NCBI RefSeq assembly: GCF_058153355.1 | Contig: NZ_CM177019.1 | Strand: one strand, 5' to 3' | Length of the DNA stretch: 64,000 nt | The notes under the pieces: model-generated | The model's input: the letters and a program-made list of their open reading frames with translations, nothing else | Database searches by the model: none | What the model was told of the DNA's origin: nothing | Program-made: the position numbers and the translations under genes | Shown here: piece by piece, positions 9,857-20,365 of the stretch | Numbering within the stretch: position 1 is the first letter of the stretch | Layout: each line of letters starts with the position of its first letter

Positions 9857-9940
9857 GACGACTCCCTTTGATGAACCGATATTTTTGCTGCTTCACAATG
9901 CTTCGCTAAGCGTAATCATCGTTACGCTCTTGTTATAAAT

Positions 9941-9959
9941 GGGAATGGTAATCATTATT
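9941..9959. promoter_or_regulatory. predicted Fur box in yncE/yncD divergent promoter region
   Basis: gggaatggtaatcattatt matches the 19-bp Fur consensus GATAATGATAATCATTATC at 15 of 19 positions; yncE is a reported Fur-regulated gene and yncD is a TonB-dependent receptor. Confidence 0.6.
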
Positions 9960-10097
9960 TTCTCAAATGTGGAGCATTTCTTGCCGTTACGACTACAATT
10001 TTCTCAATTACTTAACGTATTGTGCCGTTTCATTTTCCATAAATTTACAATTTCATTACCATGACGGCGTTTTCCCATTCTTAACCTGGCTTTTTTC

Positions 10098-12200
10098 ATG
10101 AAGATTTTTTCCGTCCGACAGACCGTTTTGCCCGCACTGCTTGTCCTTTCCCCCGTTGTTTTTGCCGCTGATGAACAGACTATGATTGTCAGTGCCGCAC
10201 CGCAGGTGGTTTCAGAACTGGATACCCCAGCAGCAGTAAGCGTGGTGGATGGCGAGGAGATGCGCCTGGCAACACCGCGCATTAACTTGTCCGAATCACT
10301 GACCGGCGTGCCTGGTTTGCAGGTACAAAACCGGCAGAACTATGCGCAAGATTTACAGCTGTCGATTCGCGGATTTGGCTCCCGCTCCACTTACGGTATT
10401 CGCGGTATTCGCCTGTATGTGGACGGTATTCCCGCCACCATGCCCGACGGGCAAGGGCAAACATCCAACATCGATTTAAGCAGTGTGCAAAATGTGGAAG
10501 TGCTGCGTGGCCCCTTTTCTGCCCTGTATGGCAACGCGTCTGGCGGTGTAATGAATGTCACCACCCAGACCGGGCAACAGCCACCAACCATTGAAGCCAG
10601 TAGTTACTACGGCAGTTTTGGCAGCTGGCGCTATGGGCTGAAAGCAACGGGCGCAACGGGAGACGGCACACAGCCCGGTGATGTCGATTACACCGTCTCA
10701 ACCACGCGTTTTACGACCCACGGCTATCGTGATCATAGTGGCGCACAGAAAAATTTAGCCAATGCCAAACTGGGTGTACGCATTGATGACGCCAGCAAAT
10801 TAAGCCTGATTTTCAATAGTGTGGATATCAAAGCAGATGACCCTGGTGGGCTAACCGAAGCAGAATGGAAGGCGAATCCGCAACAAGCGCCACGCGCTGA
10901 ACAGTACGACACGCGAAAAACCATCAAGCAAACTCAGGCTGGGTTGCGCTATGAACGTAGCCTAAGTTCGCAGGATGATATGAATGTGATGATGTATGCC
11001 GGAGAACGAGAAACGACCCAGTACCAGTCAATCCCAATGTCCCCCCAACTTAACCCATCGCATGCGGGCGGTGTGATTACTCTACAACGTCATTACCAGG
11101 GGATAGACAGCCGCTGGACACACCGTGGCGAACTGGGTGTTCCGGTCACGTTCACTACCGGCCTGAACTACGAAAACATGAGTGAAAACCGTAAAGGCTA
11201 CAACAACTTCCGCCTGAACAGCGGTGTGCCGGAGTACGGGCAAAAAGGTGAGTTGCGCCGCGACGAACGCAATCTGATGTGGAACGTCGATCCTTATTTA
11301 CAAACGCAGTGGCAGCTGACCGAAAAACTGTCGCTGGATGCTGGCGTGCGCTACAGCTCCGTATGGTTTGATTCCAACGATCATTACATTACTCCGGGTA
11401 ACGGCGATGACAGTGGTGATGCCAGTTATCACAAATGGCTACCAGCCGGATCGTTAAGATATGCAATGACCGATGCCTGGAATATCTATCTGGCAGCCGG
11501 GCGTGGTTTTGAAACGCCGACGATTAATGAGCTGTCTTATCGTGCTGACGGTCAAAGCGGTATGAACTTTGGTTTAAAACCATCCACCAACGATACAATT
11601 GAGATCGGCAGTAAAACGCGTATTGGTGATGGGCTGCTTAGTCTCGCATTGTTCCAGACCGACACCGATGATGAAATTGTTGTCGATAGCAGTAGCGGTG
11701 GACGTACGACTTATAAAAATGCCGGAAAGACCCGTCGTCAAGGTGCTGAGCTGGCATGGGATCAACGTTTCGCGGGAGATTTTCGCATAAAAGCGTCCTG
11801 GACCTGGCTTGATGCGACCTATCGCAGCAATGTGTGCAATGAACATGATTGTAACGGTAACCGGATGCCAGGGATCGCCCGTAATATGGGCTTTGCGTCG
11901 ATAGGTTATGTACCGGAAGATGGCTGGTATGCAGGCACGGAAGCGCGTTATATGGGCGATATTATGGCCGATGATGAAAATACGGCCAAAGCGCCGTCTT
12001 ATACTCTCGTCGGCTTATTCTCCGGGTATAAATACAATTACCACAATTTAACTGTGGATTTATTTGGTCGTGTCGATAATTTATTCGATAAAGAATACGT
12101 TGGTTCTGTCATTGTCAATGAGTCGAACGGGCGATATTACGAACCTGCGCCCGGGCGAAATTATGGTATCGGCGTGAATGTTGCGTGGCGATTTGAGTGA
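10098..12200 (+). CDS. yncD: TonB-dependent outer-membrane receptor YncD
   Basis: 700 aa; signal peptide; TonB box region; C-terminal beta-barrel ending in aromatic residue (AWRFE). Confidence 0.9.
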   Translation: MKIFSVRQTVLPALLVLSPVVFAADEQTMIVSAAPQVVSELDTPAAVSVVDGEEMRLATPRINLSESLTGVPGLQVQNRQNYAQDLQLSIRGFGSRSTYGIRGIRLYVDGIPATMPDGQGQTSNIDLSSVQNVEVLRGPFSALYGNASGGVMNVTTQTGQQPPTIEASSYYGSFGSWRYGLKATGATGDGTQPGDVDYTVSTTRFTTHGYRDHSGAQKNLANAKLGVRIDDASKLSLIFNSVDIKADDPGGLTEAEWKANPQQAPRAEQYDTRKTIKQTQAGLRYERSLSSQDDMNVMMYAGERETTQYQSIPMSPQLNPSHAGGVITLQRHYQGIDSRWTHRGELGVPVTFTTGLNYENMSENRKGYNNFRLNSGVPEYGQKGELRRDERNLMWNVDPYLQTQWQLTEKLSLDAGVRYSSVWFDSNDHYITPGNGDDSGDASYHKWLPAGSLRYAMTDAWNIYLAAGRGFETPTINELSYRADGQSGMNFGLKPSTNDTIEIGSKTRIGDGLLSLALFQTDTDDEIVVDSSSGGRTTYKNAGKTRRQGAELAWDQRFAGDFRIKASWTWLDATYRSNVCNEHDCNGNRMPGIARNMGFASIGYVPEDGWYAGTEARYMGDIMADDENTAKAPSYTLVGLFSGYKYNYHNLTVDLFGRVDNLFDKEYVGSVIVNESNGRYYEPAPGRNYGIGVNVAWRFE

Positions 12201-12204
12201 TTAT

Positions 12205-12236
12205 CTTGATGCCCGGTATTTGCCGGGCATTTAATT
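12205..12236. terminator. bidirectional terminator between convergent yncD and mcbR
   Basis: ATGCCCGGTATTTGCCGGGCAT perfect hairpin flanked by T runs. Confidence 0.65.
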
Positions 12237-12901
12237 TAACGATTATATTGCTGGTATAACATAGCAACATTTTGTTGCATAATTTCAGCAAGACAATGTC
12301 TGCATCGCTCTTTGTCTTTTACTTTCAACGCGGCGAGTAGTTCATGATAGCTTTCTATACGATCCTGTAATTCCGCTGGATTAATCGCTTCATAGAGATA
12401 ATGTAAACCAGGTCCCATCCTGACCCACAGTTGCTCAATCATCTCACACAGGATGGGCATATTTGAACGATGATAAATCGCTAAGCGAAATAACCTGTTC
12501 GCATTAATGATTTGTTCCATGTCGCCCTTTTCTTGCGCCTGCTGTAATTTATCGAGCAATTTCTGAAGTTCCGCTATATCTTGCGAGGAGAGGTTTTCTA
12601 CAGCCAGAGCAACTGCCATTAATTCCAGTTCGTAGCGGATCCGATTGATTTCGTCTAATTGACCTTTCCCCACTTCCGGTACTGTAAATGCTTGCGCTGG
12701 TGCGACAGAGAGCGCATTCACCGAAACCAGACGTAATAATGCTTCACGCACGGGTGTAATACTCATACCTAATTGCTCCGCCAGATTTTTAGTAATCAGG
12801 CGTGCGCCAGGTTTTAGTGCGCCAATACTTAGTTGATGTTTCAGGTCGTTCTCAACCTGCATAGTCAAACTGACATGTTTCATTTTTTCCGTTCCAGGCA
12901 T
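12236..12901 (-). CDS. mcbR: GntR-family transcriptional regulator McbR (YncC)
   Basis: ORF-track entry trimmed to MPGTEKMKHVSL... (221 aa); N-terminal winged HTH of GntR family, FCD-type C-terminal domain. Confidence 0.85.
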   Translation of the reverse strand: MPGTEKMKHVSLTMQVENDLKHQLSIGALKPGARLITKNLAEQLGMSITPVREALLRLVSVNALSVAPAQAFTVPEVGKGQLDEINRIRYELELMAVALAVENLSSQDIAELQKLLDKLQQAQEKGDMEQIINANRLFRLAIYHRSNMPILCEMIEQLWVRMGPGLHYLYEAINPAELQDRIESYHELLAALKVKDKERCRHCLAEIMQQNVAMLYQQYNR

Positions 12902-13099
12902 TTTACTTCCTTCGCGTGTTTTCTTTCCGACCCTGCCTGCATAGCAGAAGGCGTTCACCTGGTGTGTTAAAATGAATAATCATAAGCCACTCACCTTTGT
13001 AGTTATTAGCAGCAGAACAATGATGTGGTCAGTTAATTAAAGCTGAAAATAAGCTTTTTGCCTGGATTTTTATGGCGGCCTTACGCCGCCGTTGAAACT

Positions 13100-14137
13100 T
13101 TAATCATCATCCGCCACGCGGATCACCACTTTGCCAAAGTTTTTACCCTTCAGCAGGCCGATAAACGTCTGTGGGGCGTTCTCCAAACCGTTGGTAATTT
13201 GTTCACGATAGTGAATTTTCCCCTCTTTCACCCATTGTCCCATCTCCTGCTGAAACTCATGGATACGGTGACCATAATCCTGACCAATAATAAACCCTTG
13301 CAAGCGAATGCGTTTTTTCAGCACCGTTGCCATCAACAGGGGTAAACGATCCGGACCGGGTGGTAGCTCTGTAGCGTTATAGCTGCTCACTAAGCCGCAG
13401 ACGGGAATGCGCGCGGATGTATTGAGTAACGGTAGCACCGCATCAAATACCTTACCGCCAACGTTTTCATAATAAATATCGATACCTTTTGGGCACGCTT
13501 TCGCCAGTTGCTCGGCAAAATCATCCGCGTGATGGTCAAGGCAGACATCGAAGCCCAACACCTCGGTAGCATGGCGGCATTTTTCCGCGCCACCAGCTAC
13601 CCCCACCACTCTGCAACCTTTAAGTTTGCCGATTTGCCCCACCGTCGCCCCCACTGGTCCTGTCGCTGCAGCTACCACCAACGTTTCGCCTTCTTTGGGC
13701 TGACCGATATCCAGCAGGCCCATATAAGCGGTAAAGCCTGGCATCCCCAGCACACCCAGCGACCACGATGGATTTTGCGGATGATCGCCAAGTTTCACCA
13801 AATCATCACCACTGGATATGTCATAGTCCTGCCATCCACTGTAGCCCAGCACCCAGTCACCAGGCTGGTAATCAGGATGATTAGACTCCACAACACGGCT
13901 CACCGTACCGCCGACCATCACGCCGTCAATGTCAACCGGCGGTGAATAAGATGGCTCATCGCTCATACGTCCACGCATATACGGGTCCAGTGACAAATAA
14001 ACTGTGCGCAGTAATACCTGTCCTTCACCCGGTGTGGCGACATCATCTTCTTCAAGACGAAAATTCTCCGCAACCGGCGCGCCATGCGGACGCGAGGCCA
14101 GAACCCAACGGCGGTTACGCTGCTTTTGTTGCCCCAT
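13100..14137 (-). CDS. curA: NADPH-dependent curcumin/dihydrocurcumin reductase
   Basis: ORF-track entry trimmed to MGQQKQRNRRWVLAS... (345 aa); medium-chain dehydrogenase/reductase with AATGPVGATVGQ nucleotide-binding motif. Confidence 0.85.
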   Translation of the reverse strand: MGQQKQRNRRWVLASRPHGAPVAENFRLEEDDVATPGEGQVLLRTVYLSLDPYMRGRMSDEPSYSPPVDIDGVMVGGTVSRVVESNHPDYQPGDWVLGYSGWQDYDISSGDDLVKLGDHPQNPSWSLGVLGMPGFTAYMGLLDIGQPKEGETLVVAAATGPVGATVGQIGKLKGCRVVGVAGGAEKCRHATEVLGFDVCLDHHADDFAEQLAKACPKGIDIYYENVGGKVFDAVLPLLNTSARIPVCGLVSSYNATELPPGPDRLPLLMATVLKKRIRLQGFIIGQDYGHRIHEFQQEMGQWVKEGKIHYREQITNGLENAPQTFIGLLKGKNFGKVVIRVADDD

Positions 14138-14317
14138 AATGCTCTCCTGTGCTTTTGGCATGAATCCATCAATAGTAGCAGGCTCGCAGGATTGGTTTTG
14201 TTTGCAGTCGTCACATCCCCTCTGCAACACGCAATAATTTCATCGAGGAATCCGTTGCTTCGGGCTGTTTTCGATAGTATTGATAACGTCATTATCATTA
14301 TTTTATCGAGGCCAGAC

Positions 14318-14833
14318 ATGTCCATCCGTTTTGCCCGCAAAGCCGACTGTACTGCCATTGCGGAAATTTATAACCACGCCGTGTTGTATACGGCGGCTAT
14401 CTGGAATGACCAAACGGTGGATGCAGATAACCGCATTGCCTGGTTTGAAGCGCGGACCATAGCAGGTTATCCGGTGCTGGTGAGTGAAGAAGATGGCGTA
14501 GTGACGGGATATGCCTCGTTTGGCGACTGGCGTAGTTTCGATGGTTTTCGCCATACCGTGGAGCATTCGGTTTATGTCCATCCTGATCATCAGGGCAAAG
14601 GTCTTGGGCGTAAATTGTTAAGCCGATTGATTGATGAAGCGCGGGATTGCGGGAAGCATGTTATGGTCGCCGGGATCGAATCGCAAAATCAGGCTTCGCT
14701 GCATCTCCACCAGTCGCTGGGATTTGTCATCACCGCACAAATGCCGCAGGTGGGCACTAAATTTGGGCGCTGGCTGGATCTGACATTTATGCAGTTGCAA
14801 CTCGACGAACGCAGTGAACCGGACGCAATCTGA
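14318..14833 (+). CDS. mnaT: L-amino acid N-acyltransferase MnaT (GNAT family)
   Basis: Track ORF 14084..14833 has a long spurious N-terminal extension overlapping curA; real start taken at ATG 14318 (MSIRFARKADCTAIAEIYNH...), 171 aa; GNAT motif HQGKGLGRKLL. Confidence 0.85.
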   Translation: MSIRFARKADCTAIAEIYNHAVLYTAAIWNDQTVDADNRIAWFEARTIAGYPVLVSEEDGVVTGYASFGDWRSFDGFRHTVEHSVYVHPDHQGKGLGRKLLSRLIDEARDCGKHVMVAGIESQNQASLHLHQSLGFVITAQMPQVGTKFGRWLDLTFMQLQLDERSEPDAI

Positions 14834-15282
14834 TGAATCAGTCGCTTACCCTTGCCTTTTTGATTGCCGCAGGGATTGGTCTGGTCGTCCAGAACACGCT
14901 AATGGTGCGCATCACCCAGACCTCCTCTACCATTCTCATCGCCATGTTGCTGAACTCACTGGTAGGGATTGTGCTCTTTGTTTCTATTTTATGGTTTAAA
15001 CAAGGCATGGCGGGGTTTGGCGAACTGGTGTCCAGCGTACGCTGGTGGACACTTATACCCGGCTTGCTGGGATCTTTTTTTGTCTTCGCCAGTATCAGCG
15101 GATATCAGAATTTGGGAGCGGCGACAACTATTGCAGTACTGGTCGCCAGCCAGCTAATTGGCGGTCTGGTGCTGGATATCTTCCGCAGTCATGGCGTACC
15201 ACTACGGGCGTTGATCGGCCCAATTTGTGGCGCAATTTTACTTGTGGTTGGTGCCTGGCTGGTGGCCAGGCGCACATTTTAA
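14833..15282 (+). CDS. ydcZ: inner-membrane protein YdcZ (DMT-like)
   Basis: 149-aa hydrophobic ORF; start overlaps mnaT stop (ATGA). Confidence 0.8.
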   Translation: MNQSLTLAFLIAAGIGLVVQNTLMVRITQTSSTILIAMLLNSLVGIVLFVSILWFKQGMAGFGELVSSVRWWTLIPGLLGSFFVFASISGYQNLGAATTIAVLVASQLIGGLVLDIFRSHGVPLRALIGPICGAILLVVGAWLVARRTF

Positions 15283-15517
15283 TCAGAGGATGGTGCCGCC
15301 TTTGGTTAACTGTTCGTGGCGCGCTTCCATATCCTTCTTTATGCTTGCGACCGTGATGGGCGATCGCTGTGCGCAGACGCTGCTGCTGGGTGTAGCGATC
15401 TTCCCGACTTAACTCCGCGTCATCGCTCAGGGCGATTAATAATTCGTTCATATGGGCAATGACGCTCTCTTCAATCGCGGCATCCACGCGCGCGATGACT
15501 TCATCCAGATGCGACAT
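15128..15517 (-). pseudogene. ydcY: ydcY with +1 frameshift giving altered, extended C-terminus
   Basis: First 61 codons match YdcY (MSHLDEVIARVDAAIEES...HGRKHKE); after an extra C at about 15333 the frame changes. The alternative frame reads DMEARHEQLTKGGTIL-stop, which is the expected YdcY C-terminus (77 aa in K-12, recalled from memory). Confidence 0.6.
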
Positions 15518-15602
15518 ACTTTCTCCTTAGCCACTTGTGAAATTTATCGATTCATCCAAATGATATAAGTCTGCGTGGTGCCGTCAAGCCAGTGCGTAAG
15601 AT

Positions 15603-15776
15603 TTAAAACAGTGAAAACAACAGCGCCACCGGGAAACTCATCGGCCATGTTGCCCCCACCAGAAAGGCGCTTAAGAAACGGATGCGTTTCTTATCGTGAG
15701 AAAGAAACCAGGTGATAAGAAATGCGATTGCTGCCATAACCGCATAAAAAACAAGCATGTGTTGATAGAGAGACAT
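15603..15776 (-). CDS. ortT: orphan toxin OrtT (YdcX), small membrane protein
   Basis: Track ORF trimmed to MSLYQHMLVFYAVMAAIAFLITWFLSHDKKRIRFLSAFLVGATWPMSFPVALLFSLF (57 aa). Confidence 0.8.
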   Translation of the reverse strand: MSLYQHMLVFYAVMAAIAFLITWFLSHDKKRIRFLSAFLVGATWPMSFPVALLFSLF

Positions 15777-15970
15777 GTACGGGCGTCCAGCCAGATGAAT
15801 AAAACGCGCGCAAATATGCGTCATATCTTGACGTGCATCAAGTTTTTTCACCAGTTTGAGAAAAAATCATCAAACAGCAACTTGCCCTTATCCATCTTCA
15901 GAATGAGTATTATTGCGGATTTTCTTAACCCGTACTATACACATAGGGGCAATGATAAAAGGTGGCAAAA

Positions 15971-16066
15971 ATGAATGTTTCCAGTAGAACTGTAGTACTG
16001 ATAAATGTCTTTGCTGCTGTTGGTTTGTTTACTCTTATCTCTATGAGATTTGGCTGGTTTATTTGA
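15971..16066 (+). CDS. yncL: small membrane protein YncL (31 aa)
   Basis: Found by manual translation (below 60-aa track cutoff): MNVSSRTVVLINVFAAVGLFTLISMRFGWFI-stop. Confidence 0.75.
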   Translation: MNVSSRTVVLINVFAAVGLFTLISMRFGWFI

Positions 16067-16088
16067 TGTAGTGATTTTGCACGCAGCA

Positions 16089-16122
16089 CGTACTGTCAGA
16101 GAAATCAACTCTCTGACAGTAC
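16089..16122. terminator. strong hairpin between yncL and patD (bidirectional terminator)
   Basis: CGTACTGTCAGAG-aaatcaa-CTCTGACAGTACG 13-bp perfect stem. Confidence 0.6.
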
Positions 16123-16162
16123 GCAAGATCTTCTCATACTCTTACGATCTGCAATATTATCC

Positions 16163-17587
16163 TTAATGCTTAACCATGACGTGGCGGACGACGGTGTAAT
16201 CCTCCAGCCCATAAAGTGACATATCCTTGCCGTAACCAGAAAGTTTCTGCCCACCGTGCGGCATTTCACTTACCAGCATGAAATGGGTATTGACCCAGGT
16301 ACAACCATATTGCAGCCGTGCGCTGACGCGATGCGCCCTGCCCACATCTTTCGTCCATACCGAAGATGCAAGTCCGTACTGGCTGTCATTCGCCCAGTTC
16401 ACCACCTGTTCTTCATTGTCAAAGGCCGTCACGCTCACCACCGGACCAAATACCTCTTTTTGCACGATGGCATCGTCCTGTAACGCGCCAGCCAGCAGCG
16501 TAGGCGCGTAGTAATAACCATTACCCTTGCGCTTTTCACCACCGGTGATCACTTTGATGTGCCCTGTCTCTTTCGCCTCTTCTACCGCCTTGCTGACACG
16601 TTCGAGATGTGCCAGCGAACTTAACGGTCCAAGCTCTGTGGACTCGTCATCCGGCGCACCCGATTTTAACGTTGCCACTGCAGCACCGAGTTTTTCCACC
16701 AGCGTATCGTAAATACCTTTTTGCGCGTAGATCCGACAAGCCGCAGTACAATCCTGTCCGGCATTGTAATAGCCAAAAGTACGAACACCTTCGACCACTG
16801 CTTCAATATCAGCATCATCAAAAACAATCACTGGCGCTTTGCCACCAAGTTCCATATGAGTACGCTTAATAGACGGCGCTGTATGGCTGATGATGTGCTC
16901 GCCGGTGGCGATAGAGCCCGTCAGCGACACCATCCGCACTTTGGGATGTCCGGTCAGCGGATCGCCCACTGTTTTGCCTCTGCCAAACAGCACATTAATC
17001 ACGCCAGCCGGGAAGATATCTTTCGCCAGTTCAGCCAGCTTCAACGCTGTCAGCGGCGTAATTTCTGATGGTTTAAGCACTACGCAGTTCCCTGCCGCCA
17101 GCGCCGGAGCCAGTTTCCACGCGGCCATCATCAGCGGATAATTCCACGGTGCGATAGAAGCCACGACCCCCAACGGATCCCGACGGATCATTGAAGTATG
17201 ACCTTCAAGGTATTCGCCGGCCGCCAGACCATTGAGGCAGCGCGCCGCCCCGGCGAAAAAGCGAAAGACATCGACAATCGCCGGAATTTCATCATTGAAC
17301 GCACTATGCAGCGGTTTGCCACAATTACGGGACTCCAGTTCGGCAAAAACCTGACCATTTTCTTCAATAACATCGGCCAGTTTCAGCAGGCATTCCGCAC
17401 GCGCTTTCGGCGTGGTTTGCCCCCATTCGGCAAATGCTGCATCTGCCGCGCGAACAGCAGCATCCACCTGCTCTGCGGATGCCTCGGCAATCTCCAGTAA
17501 AACGTCCCCCGTTGCCGGATTATAGACAGGCTGTTTTTCCCCTTCGCCGCTAACCAGTTCTCCGTTAATCAGTAACTTATGTTGCAT
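16163..17587 (-). CDS. patD: gamma-aminobutyraldehyde dehydrogenase
   Basis: 474-aa aldehyde dehydrogenase (catalytic Cys in GQDCTAAC context, ELGGKAP Glu motif); last gene of ydcSTUV-patD cluster. Confidence 0.9.
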   Translation of the reverse strand: MQHKLLINGELVSGEGEKQPVYNPATGDVLLEIAEASAEQVDAAVRAADAAFAEWGQTTPKARAECLLKLADVIEENGQVFAELESRNCGKPLHSAFNDEIPAIVDVFRFFAGAARCLNGLAAGEYLEGHTSMIRRDPLGVVASIAPWNYPLMMAAWKLAPALAAGNCVVLKPSEITPLTALKLAELAKDIFPAGVINVLFGRGKTVGDPLTGHPKVRMVSLTGSIATGEHIISHTAPSIKRTHMELGGKAPVIVFDDADIEAVVEGVRTFGYYNAGQDCTAACRIYAQKGIYDTLVEKLGAAVATLKSGAPDDESTELGPLSSLAHLERVSKAVEEAKETGHIKVITGGEKRKGNGYYYAPTLLAGALQDDAIVQKEVFGPVVSVTAFDNEEQVVNWANDSQYGLASSVWTKDVGRAHRVSARLQYGCTWVNTHFMLVSEMPHGGQKLSGYGKDMSLYGLEDYTVVRHVMVKH

Positions 17588-17608
17588 AGCATATTCCTGT
17601 ATCAGTGG

Positions 17609-18403
17609 TTATTGACCATTGTCGCCTTCGCGGGTTAGCCACCAGGCTCCCAGGATCGGCAAGGTTGTTACCAACATAACCAGCAGTGCCACGACGTTGG
17701 TTACCGGTACATCACGTGGTCGCCCAAGCTGATTGAGCAACCACAACGGTAACGTTCGTTCATGACCTGCCGTAAAGGTCGTCACGATGATTTCATCGAA
17801 CGACAAAGCAAACGCCAGCATTCCTCCTGCCAGAAGCGCCGAACTGAGATTCGGCAACACTACGTAGCGGAAGGTTTGCCAGCCATTGGCCCCAAGATCC
17901 ATTGACGCCTCAACCAGACTCCAGGAGGTGCGGCGAAAACGGGCGATGACATTGTTAAACACCACCACTACGCAAAAAGTCGCATGACCGACCACGATGG
18001 TGAAAAATCCCGGCTCCAGATTGATGGTTTTAAAAGCAGTTAATAGCGCCAGACCAGTGACAATGCCCGGCAGCGCAATGGGCAGCAGCAATAACAATGA
18101 AATGGCGCTTTTACCGAAAAAGTCCCGACGCCACAGCGCAGCAGCGGCCAGTGACCCTAATACCAGCGCAATTAATGTCGCCAGCGCCGCCACTTTAAGT
18201 GACAGTGTCACAGCATCAAGAATATCACTACGCTGTGCTGCCACGCTAAACCAGCGCAGCGTCAGGCCTTGCGGTGGAAAACTAAACGCCGCATCTTCAG
18301 TGTTAAACGCATAGGCGGCGATAATCAGGATGGGGAAATGTAGGAAAACCACGCCGCCCCAAGCCGCCAGTTTGAGGAAAAACGGTGCGCGTTCAGAGTG
18401 CAT
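17609..18403 (-). CDS. ydcV: ABC transporter permease YdcV
   Basis: 264-aa polytopic membrane protein of the binding-protein-dependent permease family. Confidence 0.85.
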   Translation of the reverse strand: MHSERAPFFLKLAAWGGVVFLHFPILIIAAYAFNTEDAAFSFPPQGLTLRWFSVAAQRSDILDAVTLSLKVAALATLIALVLGSLAAAALWRRDFFGKSAISLLLLLPIALPGIVTGLALLTAFKTINLEPGFFTIVVGHATFCVVVVFNNVIARFRRTSWSLVEASMDLGANGWQTFRYVVLPNLSSALLAGGMLAFALSFDEIIVTTFTAGHERTLPLWLLNQLGRPRDVPVTNVVALLVMLVTTLPILGAWWLTREGDNGQ

Positions 18404-19334
18404 CGAACGCTCCCAGACGTTTCACGAACGCCAGGTACAGTGCGATGAGAACAATCGGCACCAGGGTGAATGCCGCCGCCATCGGCATATTGCCAATCGC
18501 CCCCTGCTGGGAATAAACCATATTGCCGATAAAATATCCTGGAGGGCCAACCAGCTGCGGAACGATAAAATCGCCCAGTGTGAGTGAAAAGGTAAAGATA
18601 GAGCCAGCGGCAATACCCGGGATCGCCAGCGGCAGCACCACATAGCGAAAGGTTTGCCGTGGACGCGCGCCAAGATCAGCCGACGCCTGCAACAATGACG
18701 GCGGCAAACGCTCAAGCGCCGCCTGCACGGGCAGGATCATGAACGGCAGCCAGATATAGAGAAACACCAGAAAGCGCCCCAGCCCGGAAGTTGACAACGT
18801 GTTACCGCCCACCGCGGGTAATGTAAGGAACGCTGTCAGCAGTGGTTCCAGCCCCAGATGTTGTAAAAACCACTGCGCCACGCCATCTTTTGCCAGCAAT
18901 AATGTCCAGGCATAAGCTTTAACAATGTAGCTTGCCCACATTGGCAGCATCACCGCAATATAGAAGAACGCTTTCATTTTCCCGCTGGTATAGCGCGCCA
19001 TATACCACGCCATCGGAAAAGCCAGAATGGCGCTGGCGATAGTGACAGCCACAGCCATGGTTAGCGTGCGAAGGATGATGTCGTAATTCGCCGGATTAAA
19101 CAGCGCGCGGATATTCGCCAGCGTCAGTTCTGGCGTTACCGACATGGTGAAATCGTCAAAGGTATAAAAGCCCTGCCATAATAGCGTCAGCAGCGAGCCG
19201 AAATAGATGATACCAAACCACATCAGCGGACCAAGCAGCAGCAAAAACAGCCCCAGTCCCGGTTTCCGCCAGAAGAATCCTGACACCTTACCCAGATTTG
19301 GACGTGAAGGTGATTGCAATACGTTCATCGCCAT
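18393..19334 (-). CDS. ydcU: ABC transporter permease YdcU
   Basis: 313-aa polytopic permease; overlaps ydcV start by 11 nt. Confidence 0.85.
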   Translation of the reverse strand: MAMNVLQSPSRPNLGKVSGFFWRKPGLGLFLLLLGPLMWFGIIYFGSLLTLLWQGFYTFDDFTMSVTPELTLANIRALFNPANYDIILRTLTMAVAVTIASAILAFPMAWYMARYTSGKMKAFFYIAVMLPMWASYIVKAYAWTLLLAKDGVAQWFLQHLGLEPLLTAFLTLPAVGGNTLSTSGLGRFLVFLYIWLPFMILPVQAALERLPPSLLQASADLGARPRQTFRYVVLPLAIPGIAAGSIFTFSLTLGDFIVPQLVGPPGYFIGNMVYSQQGAIGNMPMAAAFTLVPIVLIALYLAFVKRLGAFDAL

Positions 19335-20348
19335 TCACCTCTCCTCAACCAGCGGCACCATTACATCGCGCGACCAGGAAACCATCACCTGTTGTCCGGG
19401 CGTGAGCGTGGCAGGCAGTTCTTCGCCTGTGATATTGGCCTGACTCACCAGCAGTTTTTCACCGCCATTCAGTCTCAGTTCAAAACGGGTCGCCGCGCCC
19501 TGATACTGCACCGCCTGGATCGTGCCATTAACTTGCACTTCGCCGGGGGTGTTGAGGCGGATATGTTCCGATCTCAGGGCAAAACTGCCTATCATGCCGC
19601 AAAGATTCTCGGCCATTAGCGGCTCAAAAACGTTGGATGTCCCGACGAATCCGGCAACAAACGGCGTGCGCGGACGCATATAGAGATCGCGCGGGGAATC
19701 GACCTGCTCAATACGACCGTTGTTGAATACCGCAACACGATCGGACATCGATAACGCTTCGCCCTGATCGTGGGTGACGAAAATAAAGGTGATGCCAAGA
19801 GACTATTGCAGCTTTTTCAGCTCCAGTTGCATCTGCTCACGCAGCTTAAGATCCAGCGCGCCGAGCGGTTCATCCAGCAGCAATACGCGCGGTTCATTCA
19901 CTAACGCTCTGGCAATGGCAACCCGCTGACGCTGACCACCAGAAAGTTGTGACGGTTTACGTTGCTGTACAAATCCGAGCGCCACTTTCTCCAGCGCCTC
20001 TTGCGCCATTACGTGTCGCTGTTTTTTATCCACCCCTTTGACCATCAGCCCATAGGCCACGTTGTCAAGAATCGACATATGCGGAAAAAGCGCGTAGTCC
20101 TGGAAAACGGTATTCACGTCCCGCTCCCACGGTGGCAGATTGCTGGCGGGTTTACCAAAGATAGATATAGTCCCGCCGGAAAGCTGTTCGAATCCAGCAA
20201 TCAGGCGCAGGCAGGTGGTTTTGCCGGAGCCAGACGGCCCCAGCATTGAGAAAAACTCACCATCTTTTATCGCAATACTGACACCATCTACCGCGCGCAC
20301 ATCACCATACAGTCGCGATACGTTGTCAAACTCCACTGCGTACGTCAT
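19335..20348 (-). pseudogene. ydcT: ABC transporter ATPase ydcT interrupted by in-frame TAG stop
   Basis: N-terminal 181 codons (Walker A GPSGSGKTT, signature LSGGQRQR, Walker B LLLDEPLGALD) end at TAG (plus-strand cta at 19803-19805); reading continues in the same frame as SLGITFIFVTHDQGEA... through the C-terminal 137-aa ORF. Confidence 0.8.
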
Positions 20349-20365
20349 AAAACACCCCAGCGAAG

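Noticed and set aside
14084-14317. Long N-terminal extension of the mnaT ORF in the track (249 aa)
   Set aside because: The extension overlaps the curA start on the opposite strand and has no GNAT homology; the real start is the ATG at 14318
13963-14358. 131-aa minus-strand ORF upstream of curA
   Set aside because: Overlaps the curA start and the mnaT promoter/start region; no family resemblance; most likely an antisense artefact
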